A stretch of DNA of 63,030 bases, filler included, from Phoronis australis (GCA_002633005.1; 6 parts of 6 records of this genome joined end to end with filler, not necessarily neighbours in it); one strand, 5' to 3'. Shown: positions 1-11,823, numbered from the whole stretch's first letter. Notes: a model not told the origin generated them from the letters alone. Numbers and translations: made by a program.

Positions 1-242
1 AGGGCTGTTCTCGGTTAGTGTTCTTTTGAACTTGGATTTGGCAACAACCAAATAACGGTCGGATTAACAAGAGCTGCTTTGTATTTGCCAGGTATCTGTT
101 GAGAAGTGTAAAAACTCAGCTCGCATTCGTTGGAAATTCCAGGTCGCATTTTGCAACTTGATACGAGCTGACAAAAATCTCAGCTCGCATTTCCATATTT
201 CAGGTCGCAAATGCGACCTGCAGCTCGTTATGTCGAGCCCTG
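1..242 (-). mobile_element. Terminus of non-autonomous DNA transposon family A (CAGGGCTCGAC end, hAT-like MITE)
   Basis: Near-identical to 28591-28832 and to the reverse complement of 62321-62560; ends ...GTCGAGCCCTG; internal (a/g)ggtcgcatt subterminal repeats. Confidence 0.8.
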
Positions 243-2261
243 GAGAGTCATGTGAATTCCTTCCTCCATGCCTTGGTTAGGCGTTTCAGAGCTTCAGCAA
301 CGTCTGCAGTATTCTGTCCAAGCAGCAGTTTAACCAACACATCGCTGGTGGAAGAGTTTAAAGTACGCCAAGTGTTGGCACTGATGTACAGAGAACACGA
401 CGAGCCAGTGTTGCGGTGGAAGGTAAGAAAAGTAGTGGTTACTGTAACACGCATAGAGGCAGTGAACAAACGAGGGTAAGGACAATACCGCAGGCACAGT
501 GGAGAACGCCGAATTTAAATGAGAGACGTACATGAGGCATGGTACGTGTGGCATGATATGTGCAGTAACGTTTGTCGGTTTTGATAAGAGTAGAATCAAC
601 ATGAGCTATAGTGAAAAGCAACTCAAACCTTATTTCTAATAATTGAACTGACAGAGGGCACTATCACATCCGCAAAATACTACAAACAGACAGGTAGCCT
701 ATTCGTAAATAACTATCTACACAAGCAAAATGTAAGTAAGAAAAATGGAAGGAAAATAAATCAATTAGCTTGACTGGGTGGCTAGGAAGAAGCGTTTGAT
801 TTGGCAGGTGAGAGTTAGAGAATGCAGGATATCATATCAAGGTTCTCACAAAGGTCATTGTATGATGTCTGCCAAGTCCAACGAATATGCGTGTGGGAAT
901 TGTTGAAAGATTCAGCACTTATCGTGTTGTGAAAGACGCGCGCGTCGACAAACTGAAAAGCATACTAATTTCACTATGCTTAACAGCGTTATCAGACGGG
1001 TCGTATACGTTGACCAAGCACTAGCTGAGAGTGGTAGCTGAGAATCAAGGAACTGAAAGTGCTGAAGGGATCCTAGTAACCATTTTGTGCGGACAGGTTG
1101 TTCGGGAATAGACAAGAACACTTCCGAGACTTTAAATTAGGCGTCGACTTATACCGAAGAATAACCTCAAGAAAAACATATCAAATAGATAAGAGTTGAC
1201 AGTACCACGGGAAGAGCCGATAGCAGAGGCACATGGGAAGAAAATGAAGAGCATCAATAGGATGTGGGAAGAAAGTAAGCAAAGACGCTGGGGGGGTCTG
1301 TCGATGAAGGAACCTGATCAGTGGGCTATATATCACGGGGGTGACAGAAGGAAAAGGACACAGGGTTACAAGTGAGCTAACAGAGAAGGTGGAAGAACAC
1401 GAATGAGCAGTGTTATAGAAACAGGAGAAGCAGGCATGCTGGTGCTGTTGATACTGCAGCAGTGACGTGTGTAGGATGAAAAAGACATGCAGTCTTGGAG
1501 CGATGATCAAAGCAGTCGCGGGCCTTCCAGAGGTCTTGACATTGTTCCATGTAATAGAACCTCGACCTTCAGTTTCGGCCAATACTTGGAATAATGTCTC
1601 ATGTGATATTACTTCATCTACGCCACTCTAATAATGAGTAACACAGGCGGAGTAAATGAATAAGTGGAAATATCACATACGGGATTATGGATAAGTACAT
1701 TTTATCCAGCAACACCATAAATTCAAACTTTACTATACGGCTCGTTGAAACTTTAAAAAACAAATTCTGAAGGAGAGTTGATTCACCAAGTGGATTCTAC
1801 TGAAATAAGGTATCCCGCTGAGTCTGTAATAAAAATTAAAAGATAATAAAAAACAAATGAAGGATCCACAGAGAAAGTGTCGTTGTCAGAAAAGACCCAA
1901 TTTTGCCACTTCGGAAAATAAAACACATTCATTAAATCTACGTTGCATAAAGTGAAATCGCTACCAGTGATGGCCATATGAACTCAAAATCACACATCCT
2001 TGTCATGTTCTTGTGTCTCAGGTTTCATCCAAATGTGTCAAAAACAAAAATGGCTAGTAAAGGGTGCTACGCAAGTCAACTAGTTCCTAGAATCGCCTGG
2101 TGATCGCCTCTCCTTTCAACGGACAGGTAAAAGTGCTGATGGACCTCGGGCAGACCAACCTTGAACTTAATAGCTCACAAGATGTCTGTGTGGAATGTTT
2201 TCCAGACTGATTTCAACCCAAATATAAAACTGTACCATAAATACTCCCAGGTTTTACTTAC

Positions 2262-2357
2262 CTGCATATCTCTCTTTACACTCACAATGATATGAGTTTC
2301 TACCATCAATGCACAAACCATCGTTTTGGCAAGGCGCAGAAGCGCAGTCATCGATTT
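2262..2357 (-). CDS. Calcium-binding EGF exon of an SVEP1/Uninflatable-like extracellular protein
   Basis: tttttag|...|gtaagt, phase 1-1, 96 bp; translates (E)IDDCASAPCQNDGLCIDGRNSYHCECKERYA(G). Not in the ORF track. Confidence 0.85.
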
Positions 2358-2644
2358 CTAAAAATACAATGTTCAATTTAAAAATACTCGTCCTTTTGGT
2401 TTGAGTAGCAGAATCAGTACCAAGAATGGAAAGATTATACTAAAATAGTAACGTTTCTGCATTTTCAGCTTCTTTAAAATCCGCCATTTTATTGGTAAGC
2501 ACTAAATTTTAAAATTTAACTTCAAAAATTTCTAACTATATTTTGTTTATTTCGAATAAATCTTCCTTAGGTTGAAAGAGCAGCTTTTGAAACGAGTTCT
2601 GACTAAATTTGATAGCGTTAACGTTTGCTTTATGAAGTTTCTAA

Positions 2645-4349
2645 AAATAGCCACAAGAGGGCGAAAAAACATCCAATCCATCTGAAAATGGGTACATGCC
2701 ATCACTTTTTTAACAGAGAGCTATTTAGCAAATTTCATAAAAATCTGTCAAGGAACTTCAGAGAAACAAAGGAAAACAAAAAATAATGAAATTGCCACTT
2801 TGGGACACAGCCTTCATTGGATCCGCTTGAAAGACGTCGTCTTCTGTTGTTGACTTCATATAAATACAATTACTAAATTTAATAAAGATCCTGCAGTGAG
2901 TTTAGGAGATGCAGCTATGGGCAAAAAACAAAACACAACAAAAAAACTACCACTAGGAGGCGCTACAGTAGTCGAATGCGTTATTGTCAACCGTTCTCTT
3001 CACACTGAGAACATATACCGTATACCAATTTTCAAAGTTATCCTGAGAATGGTTTGGTTGGTCGAGGGGTGGAGGCCAAAAAACAAGACTCGAAAGCAGG
3101 ACTAATGGCCACTAGGTGGTGCAAAAGTTCCTCGATTCCATCCCAAAGTGGGAGGATAGCATCATCTCACCAATAAATGCCTATATTCCAAACTTTCTGA
3201 TAATCCGTTGAGGACCTTTGAAGATACAGAGGTAAGCCTAAAAACTGAAAATTGCCACTACGGGGCACACTGGTTGTCAGATCCGTCCGAAAGTTGTTGT
3301 CATCCGCTGTTAACATCATGTAAATACACTTGCTAAATTTAGCAAAGATGCTGCAAACCGTTTAGGAGATACAGCCATGGGCGCAAAAAAAACAAAACTG
3401 CCACTAGGAGGTGCCACAGTAGTCGAAGTCATTGGTAAATCATCGTCAGCTTCGTAGTAAGAACATACATGCCAATTTTCACAATCATCCTTATTGTAGT
3501 TTGGTCGATAGAGGGGTGGACACCAAAAATCAGACTAATAACAGTAAAAATGGCCACTAGGTGGTGCAAACTACGTCAGATCCATCTGAAAATGGGAGGA
3601 TAGCTTCATATCACTAATAGGTGCCTATATTTCATATTTTATGAAAATGCGTTGAGGACCTTTGAAGATACAGAGGTAAAAATAAAAAACATTAAATTGT
3701 CACTAGGGGGCACACCGGTAGTCAGATCCGTCGGAAAGTCGTCGTCAGCCAGTGTCAACATCATATAAATACTTGCAGAATCTAGTTAAGTTCCTCCAAC
3801 GGTTTAGGAGATACAGCCATGGGTGCAAAAAGAGACAAAACTGCCACTAGGAGGCGTCACAGTAGTCGAAATCGTCGGAAAATCATCGTCAACCGTCCTC
3901 TTCATAATAAAACATACATGCCAATTTCCACGATCATCTTTAGAGCGGTTTGGTTGATAGAGGGGTGGACGCCAAAAAACAGACTCAAAAACAGCAAAAA
4001 ATAGGCGCAAACAACATCGAATCCATCCGAAAATGGGAGGATAGCGTCATCTCACCAATAGATGCCTATATGCCAAATTTTATGAAAATACGTTTAGGAC
4101 CTTTGAAGATATAGAGCTGAGCGTAAAAAAAAATAAAATTGCCACTAGGGGGCACACCGGTAGTCGGATCCATCCGAAAGTTCGCTCATGCCGTCCCATC
4201 TATGACAGAAACATGTGCAAAATTTCATGAACGTACGTCAAAGCGTTTTGGAGATAGAGCACCGGACGCCGGACGGACTGATGTCGGACGGACGGACCGA
4301 GATGACGGCATAATGCGTCCACATATAAATATGTGGGCGCATAACAAAA
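2645..4349 (-). mobile_element. Helentron-associated interspersed element (HINE/DINE-1-like) with ~450 bp internal tandem units
   Basis: Terminal hairpin TGCGTCCACATATAAATATGTGGGCGCA next to a GGAC/GTCC microsatellite; ccactaggagg recurs at ~2950, 3400 and 3843; homologous to 22592-23889, 27887-28296 and 54833-55880. Confidence 0.7.
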
Positions 4350-4530
4350 GGGAAGCAGAAACAAATATCTTTAATTCCATAACAAAAGTCAAAAATGTTA
4401 TCAGAGATGTAGTTGTAAATTTACAAAATTAACGAGAAGCGTTATTTTTGGCTGAGGGTTGTTTAGCGATTTCATTTCAATGGCTGTGGGCTTGAAGCAC
4501 ATTAGGAATGATGATGCGACTTTACCCTAC

Positions 4531-4698
4531 CGAGACATGCGGTGATGTTTTTGGCACCCGTTGTAATGGATGATGTTCCTAGTGGGCACTGTTTGCACTG
4601 TTCTTGGCCCATCGTGTCCTGGTATTGTCCGACAGGGCACCTACTACACGTAGGCTTAGTGTTGTTATAGTCGACATAATACCCAGCTGGGCAAGTGG
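4531..4698 (-). CDS. GCC2/GCC3 (ephrin-receptor-like) Cys-rich repeat exon of the SVEP1-like gene
   Basis: ttcag|...|gtaggg, phase 1-1, 168 bp; TCPAGYY...CSRCPVGQYQDTMGQEQCKQCPLGTSSITTGAKNITACL. Confidence 0.88.
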
Positions 4699-6375
4699 CT
4701 GAAATGAATCGTCGCATTGACTATGATATTGATATAAAGAGGCTGACAGTGATGACATCGATGACATCCGTCACGACCGTTTCTGGTCAAGCTGACTTTA
4801 AACAATGTCTAAGTGATAACAGTGATCGTCGTGTTGTCCATATGCACAATCACGTTCACATACATAGAAAATTTAATAGTAAACCCTCTTGCGTCCAAAA
4901 TTGGCCAAAACGCGAGATTGATGTCTCGCTGTTAACTGGCTTGGCGTAGACTCGCTTGAATTCACGAAATGTTCGTGTTTATCCCAAAGTATAAAGGTAG
5001 GCTATAGAGCAACTGTTGAATAGATTGTTGCAAAATCGCTTAAATTACCAATAAATATGTCTTCAATCATTGGAGGAAGGAGTACTCTTGCTATAAAAAC
5101 ACCTTATGGTTATATCAGTTGACGATTTCAGCGAAGGACAATTTATTCTGTACCTGTACATCGCAAGATAAACGCGGACAGTTAGTAAATTTGTGCATGC
5201 ATGCGTCACAAGCGACACTGCTTCAAGAATTCAAGTGCATAAAATTCAACCAACACCGCTTTATATCGACAGGTGTAACACCACGTGACCCAACATTTTC
5301 CACAAGATAACAAGAGATACACTCCCAACTGTAATCACTATCATACTATTAATGATAATCAAGAATTTTGGGTATCTCGATATTTCATGTTTAATTATTT
5401 TTTTAGTTTTAATCATGACTCTTTAAGTTTCAAACTGACCTTACCATACCGTGGTAAGTGCAGATAATCATTCAAAAACTAAAAAGATTAATGGCCTAAT
5501 TCATGCAAGCCTGTTTTGCTGAAAAAAATGCGGAATCTTTTAAGGTTACTATTTTGACAATTTAATCAAACCTCATTCTGTCACCTGCTAATGCACCATT
5601 GGTGTCAATCTTGAAAAATAAAAGCAAGAATCAACTAAAAACTCGTACAACCTTTGAAAGGAGTTATCAAATTTTCGTTCAACTTTTGAGGGTACTACAG
5701 AGCATTATTTCGTTTCAAAGAACTAAACGTCATTTTTAGTATCTGTTACTAGGTCAAAATCGGGTTTGGTATACTTCTGACGCTGGTCGCATAAACGCAA
5801 AAATCAGCTTTGTTCAAGCGAACAAAAATTTTGCAGGGAAATTTGGAAAAAATACGCAAACATCTCTCGCATGGATGGCCTTTTGCTGAATAGCAATTTA
5901 TCAAACTCGTCGTATCACAGTGCAAGCAAGGGTCTGTTTCATGTAAAATGACTTTTAAGTCATAAATATGGTCCACTCAGCTATTCTGAAAAATAGATAA
6001 ATCTCACTTTACCGAAAAATACAAAGCCTCTGAGAATACAGCCATTACTTCTAGTAACTGGTGATATCGATTATGTTAATAATTTGTTAATAATCTATAC
6101 GTTGTGACGTGTTCATAATTACTTTGTCAAACCTTTATTCAGCAATTGTGAAGTCAGAGCGCAAGACCAAATTTCAGTCTTGTGTCTTTTAAAAATCGTT
6201 TTTTCTTATGAAACATCCCCAAAGAGACGGTTGTGATGATGCATGAGCTGAGTGGAAGTCAGCAAAAATGTACAATTTTTTTTTTTTGAAACGCGGCCGT
6301 TTGGAAGCCAAAGGTCTATAAGCTTCTTCAGCATTTTCTAATTTAACGCAGTGCACTTCAAGTCCAAATATTTAC

Positions 6376-6755
6376 CGCATGACGTCGTAGTTGGGTTTTG
6401 GAAGTACGGTCTCTCACAGACAAGACCTGTTGGTTGCATTTCAATTTCAGCTTGTAAAGTAAAGTTAAACTGCGTTGACAGAGGAAACGACGTCTCATTC
6501 TTAACTTCATAATCCAGTCCAAAAATCAAATCCGACAGTTTGTCGTCTGCTTTAGAATACGCAGCGTCATCGTAAGTCCCACTGGACGGAACAGCCACAA
6601 CGAAGGTGAAGTCGATTGTGAGGATGTCCGTTGACCTGCGCCATCTTTTGGAGTTACCTGCAATCTATATACAAATCCCCGCCATTAACCGTTTTAACAT
6701 ACGCATCATTATGAACAGCGGCAGCGATGGCAGCGGAAATAGCTTGCACTTTTAG
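6376..6755 (-). CDS. Exon of the SVEP1-like gene (SEA-like segment with furin-type KRWRRS site); 5' boundary uncertain, possible frameshift near 6657
   Basis: Donor TGC G|gtaaat at 6376 is phase-compatible with the 4698 exon; reads GNSKRWRRSTDILTIDFTFVVAVP...GLVCERPYFQNPTTTSC; the upstream ...DLYIDC is in an adjacent frame. Confidence 0.65.
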
Positions 6756-6789
6756 CTGCACAACACACTGGAGCTTACAACTATTATTA

Positions 6790-7612
6790 AAATCTCTTGG
6801 TCTATTTACACCGACCTCTAGTCTATATACACTATCACAACGTTTCGGTCGGTCCCTTCTCCGGCCATCGTCAGGTGTTCCCGCGTTCTTACAAGAACGA
6901 GCACGGATACGTGGTACACTCATTGCGTGATTTTTTGTGCGAGGCAGGATTTGAACCCACGCCTTCTGAAACTACAGATAATTCACAGACCCACGAGGAT
7001 GTGGAAACGATACGTTGATGACACATTCACAATATTCAGCCAAGACTTGGAAAATGCATTAGAGTTGCTTGACCATCTGAATAACATAGCGCCTACAATT
7101 AGATTCACAATGGAAGAAGAGACAAATAACAGTCTCCCTTTCCTAGACTACAATGTCAGTCTACTATAAGAAGACCCACACAGGACGATACCTTGACTTC
7201 AACTCCAACCACACCAAAGGAGTCAAGAAGAGTATAATCAAATGCCTTGCATCAAGATCAAAGGAAATCTGCAGTGATACAACACTCCAAGCTGAAACGA
7301 CCAACCTGACGGAGACATTTGAAAGAAATGGCTACCTAAGGGATTTCATCAAGTCGGCTTTAACATCGCAGAGGAAAGACAAGGTGGCAGAAGAACGCCT
7401 ACTGCAGACTATGTGCTTACCGTATATACCCGGAATAACCGAGAATCTAGGACGCATATGTAGAGAATTTAAAATAAGAACAGTATACCGCAGCTCAGAC
7501 ACACTAGGTCGGCGATTCACAAAAGTCAAACCTAGAACTGACATGGGAAAAAAGAAAAATGTCATCTATGAAATCCCATGTGAATGTGGTGAATCGTATA
7601 TCGGTGAAACAT
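6790..7612 (+). mobile_element. Truncated Penelope-like retroelement (RT C-terminal part + GIY-YIG start) with an inverted hammerhead-bearing segment at its 5' end
   Basis: WKRYVDDTF, IRFTMEEE, LPFLD, VYYKKTHTGRYLDFNSNH, NVIYEIPCECGESYIGET; frameshift at ~7160. Confidence 0.92.
6836..6877 (-). ncRNA. Minimal type I hammerhead ribozyme motif (Penelope pLTR/retrozyme type)
   Basis: Minus strand CAC-CUGACGA-U-GGCCGG(agaaggga)CCGACC-GAAAC-GUU^GUG: core, stem II, palindromic ACGU stem III, CAC/GUG stem I. Confidence 0.7.
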
Positions 7613-9818
7613 TAAGAATGATTCCATATAAAAACCATATGAAAATGAAAAATCACCATATACTCAAAAATTCATACAGAGCTAATACTTTGTGCATGTG
7701 TTGGGATGCTGGCCCAAAGTACACTGCTGCAATATTTGCACTCAATGACCTTTGGTTACCGAGATATGACCTATTTGGCTATAAAGGCGTATTTTGCATT
7801 TTTTCATGTCAGTAAAACTGCATTTTTTGAACGGCAAAAAATCAGACTTGGAAAACTGGTGACAAAATTTGACATTAATGGTCATAAAGACTCATGTAAG
7901 GTTAGTAGGAAAATGAAATTTGCAACTCATAGGTACAATTAAATTTCCAGCAGGGGAGAAAACTCCGAGACCACTTTTCAGGCCAGACACTAGTGGCAAA
8001 ATGTTGCTTAACCTGCCTGCTATATCGGAATGTATTTGAAGTTGAAATTCTCTGTGTAGACACTTCTAAGATTGAACTTTGATAATTGCTTTTAAAAAAA
8101 CTTGTCTCTTATATATTTAGAGCTAAACGTGGTCCTCGAACTTGGGCATTTCTGTGATGTGGCCTTACTCTGACTGATAAGAGAATTGAGGCTACTCTTT
8201 TAGTTTAGAGATATCACCTAAAATATATGATCTAATATCAACAATGCGATATCACAAAACTTTAAATTTCACTTTTGAGACCCCAATTTTCTAAAACACT
8301 CCATGCTTTGTTTAACTTTACCAATAGCACTTTAGGGTTCGACATTACATGCACTTTCTGTCACTGCAAAGAGTATGGAGGAATTTCCTTCTTGTACATT
8401 TGGTTAATTTTCGTTACATAAGTGTAATCGCGGAGGAAATGTGGCCTTCATTAGCTGTGTTAAAGACGTCAGAAGTCATATGAAGTCGTGCAAAGTGCCA
8501 CAGAAGTTTGATTCTTGCCAGAGCTGGAGATAGGAGGTTGGACTGGCAAACCAATGGAAATGCGCCGTGATATATTTACACATCGACATGAGTTTGGACT
8601 TGGCTTTAGACAAAAATCGACGTGCTGTTATATCCAGAACACACAGCATATTGTCAGAGGGATAAACCATGAACAAGGAAAACAGGATATGACGTCATCT
8701 CTCACCTCACACCAAGTTTTGGTTGTAATGGATTTTGCAATGAAGTTCAAACCCATCAGTTTCCGTGAGGCACAACCCGACTGGTTTGGAAAAAAGGATC
8801 TCATGGCATGTGGCGGCTTGTATCACAAAGAAGGGTGAAAGCCACCAGGTAAAAATAAATCCTTAATTAGCATCCAAGGTGTTACAAAGTAATTCTCAGA
8901 TGTACTCAATAATAAACAGAAAGCCAGTGATGAACAATGTTGTTGCCTTTACCTCTTTTTAGTATATTGATTTACTGTAACAGTACAAGATACAGGGAGT
9001 GTGCACTTAATATCTAGTCTTTATCTTGCCATTTCCCAACAAAAGCTTGACAGTGATGCATTCTTTGTCTCTTGGTAGATTTTGCACACAAACCTTCATT
9101 TTAACTGAAGCCGGCATTTTGTACTTATGGATGATTTTCATATCTTTGTAAAGGGGAAATTTCCCCCTCCCTAGAGATGTCTTGAAGGAGCTACTGATAT
9201 AATAACGTGTTGAGACGAACCATATTTGAAGTTGAGTGATGTGATTGCGGTTTAGGTGGTAATAAGATGTAATAAGGTAGTTCTTTAAACAAGCTGACCT
9301 ATTTGAGTTACATAATTGTTGTATTTCAGGTACATACTTACATCTATACTCTAGATGCCTGCAGGCAAGACTTTTTCGTTGTTTGCTGTTTAACGCTAGA
9401 TGTGCTAAGGCAGGTGAAACCTAGGGATCCACAAATAAACGGAAGCTCCGACAATGCCCATTGTTACCATTCAGCCGCCCTTCTGATTCATTTGTTCTAC
9501 ATATCTGGTAACACCGGCATCTCCATTCTGCGCTATGACTTCAGTGAAAGTCAGAAGGGAAAAGACATCTGTGACAGGAAAATCGCACCCTTAAAGTCCT
9601 ATGCCAAGTACTTCGTCAATGAAGGCAACAAATGCAGTCGACCTGAAACATGCGCTAGAGTCTAGAAAAGGTGTCAAAGGCTGTTATGTGTCAGCCTGTA
9701 GTGTGAATACCCCAAAGGTCCTTCCCAAGCACAGTATCCCAAGGATAAGTTTGCTGACAAACTTTGAGTATTCCGCCGATGGCATTCGAGCATGGAAGGC
9801 CTATAGAGTAGGGGAGGG
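7612..9818 (+). mobile_element. Decayed intron-containing DNA transposon, Sola3-like transposase
   Basis: DFAMKFKPISFREAQPDWFGKK(G)ISWH, SDNAHCYH, YDFSESQKGKDICD; GT-AG intron 8849-9329; frameshifts; begins at a TTAA exactly where the Penelope ORF homology stops. Superfamily assigned from recalled motifs. Confidence 0.65.
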
Positions 9819-9959
9819 NNNNNNNNNNNNNNNNNNNNNNNNNNNNNNNNNNNNNNNNNNNNTTAATTAATTAANNNNNNNNNNNNNNNNNNNNNNNNNN
9901 NNNNNNNNNNNNNNNNNNCATTTGCCAGATGCCAACTAATCCTACAGTAAACAACTTAC

Positions 9960-10181
9960 AACTTGACACAGAACGTTGTGTAAGTCAGTCAGAAATACAC
10001 GCAGGGGGTCCAAATCCCTTAATGACTGCTGGATGACATAAGCTTCTGATACGCTGGACCATTTCACAACTTTTTCAAGCCAGCCAGAGACAACGTCCTC
10101 CGTGATACTGTTAGTTTTCAGAACTTCACCGTAGACTAGCGCACTCTGGTGACTGTCAAAACACTGACCGATGGTACGTTG
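9960..10181 (-). CDS. Orphan internal coding exon of an unidentified gene
   Basis: atctag|...|gtaagt, 222 bp, phase 0-0, fully open: QRTIGQCFDSHQSALVYGEVLKTNSITEDVVSGWLEKVVKWSSVSEAYVIQQSLRDLDPLRVFLTDLHNVLCQV. Confidence 0.6.
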
Positions 10182-10805
10182 CTAGATAATAAAAATAGTA
10201 ATTGAAGTGACATAGTAATTTAATTATTTAACTTGAAATAAAATGAAAACTGCCTCAAGGTTGATATCAGTTTGAGGCCGTAACTGAAGCGCACAAGATG
10301 GCAAACAAGTGAAGTGAATTTAGCACAAAAGAAAATTTATTTAAAACTGCCACTATCTTAGTTTGACGATGTCTTAAAAATGATACATGCAGCAAGGTAA
10401 TCAACCTTTGAAAAACAGCGAAAGACAATTTTGGGAAGTATTTATTACTGTAGCCTAAATGGATTTTTTCCATGGGCCCCAGGCATATCCCCTGGTGAGC
10501 AGTGTGAAAAAAACCAGTTGCTGATTTGGGTAACTGAATGAAGGACTGTTCGAAAAACAAGTTTGATTGCGAGAGTATTTGTTCGAGGTGGGAAAATTTA
10601 GACATGAAGGTGTCCATATATGAGCAAAAGGTACATGACTTTGATCAATGTGAGGCATAATTCGCCGATAAGCTTCTGGCATAAGGAGGGTCTATGAGAT
10701 GGCCACTGTCTCTACTGGGGCCAGTTGAGATGGTGGTGCTGTCTAGCGAATTCACCTGATCGAGAGAAATTCTCCCAAGTTAATAAAAACCTGCTGAGCT
10801 GATGA

Positions 10806-11823
10806 GGCCAGGTTCACACTAGGCAATGACCATCGCCTCTGTTGGCCCGAACCAAAGGCGATGTAGAGGCTATAGGCGCTCTGTACGCCGGAAGCTTTTC
10901 GGCGAATTATGCCTCGCACCGACTAAACCATCAAAGTCACGTTGTTATAACTACCTTTTGCGCATAGACGAACACCTTAGGAGGTTGTTGATGTGTTTAA
11001 GTTCTTCCAACTCCAACAAATACTCCCGTTATGAAACTTTTTCTTCGAGCAGTCCCTATTTCAGTTCCCAAAATCGTGAAATCAAAATATTCATTTTTTT
11101 TAACCAGGCCGAAGGTCAGAAGTTGCGATCCTACCGGTGAACTTTGAAAGCTGAAGTTCTCGCCCTTTGAGTACGTGCTGCCGGGAACCAGCCGTGCATT
11201 TGCCGTGTTGTTAAACATTAAAATGTCAAATATGTGCACAAAGACTTTTAAATGTCATATCAACAGCATTTATTTTTATCAAATACAAACAATAATTCAT
11301 TGAAATACAAACAGTTTCAAGTAACGCCAATTAAACACAAGTATAAGTTGTGGCATTTTGGAAACGAACATTTGACTGACAAGACCGCAATGGCTCACCT
11401 TTGTCCTATTTAAAAATTATTGAGGTTATGAAGTCACATCACCTAGCGAGCGCGGTAAAAGTTGGAGCGTGCGCAGTACAAAAATTTTGATTTCACGATT
11501 TTGGGAACTGAAATAGGGAGTGATCGAAGAAAAAGTTTCATAACGGGAGTATTTGTTCGAGTTGGAAGGATTTAAACACATCGACAACCTCCTAAGGTGT
11601 TCCTCTATGCGCAAAAGGTATTTATAACAACAGGGCTCGACGCTATTAAAATCGCCAGGTCGCATTTTGCGACCTAGCCAAAATCCCAGGTCGCATTTTC
11701 AAAATCCAGCTCGCATTCGTAAATTCCAGGTCGCAAAATTTTCCCGCCATTTAGGCGTACAGAGCACCTATAGCCTCTGCATCGCCTCTGCTTCGGGCCA
11801 ACAGAGGCGATGGTCATTGCCTA
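10806..11823. mobile_element. Foldback MITE with ~270 bp inverted arms (possibly PIF/Harbinger-type end GGCCAGGTTCACAC)
   Basis: 10820-10890 is the reverse complement of 11753-11823, and 10945-11090 of 11480-11630; a diverged arm copy lies at ~10500-10680. Confidence 0.75.
11631..11750 (+). mobile_element. Family A terminus (CAGGGCTCGAC) nested in the foldback MITE
   Basis: Same 11-bp terminus and caggtcgcatttt subterminal repeats as 1-242 and 62321. Confidence 0.6.

Noticed and set aside
2085-2207. Exon completing the EGF domain (TSCE...)
   Set aside because: Available acceptors give the wrong phase and an immediate stop.
5749-5976. Cys-containing ORF as another SVEP1-like exon
   Set aside because: No domain pattern or clear splice sites; flanking exons already join in phase without it.
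7153-7815. 220-aa ORF as a host gene
   Set aside because: Chimera of a Penelope RT/GIY-YIG fragment and non-coding transposon end.
9819-9918. TTAATTAATTAA embedded in N-runs (also ~28341, 31503, 45988, 52545)
   Set aside because: Artificial six-frame-stop scaffold spacer, not biology.
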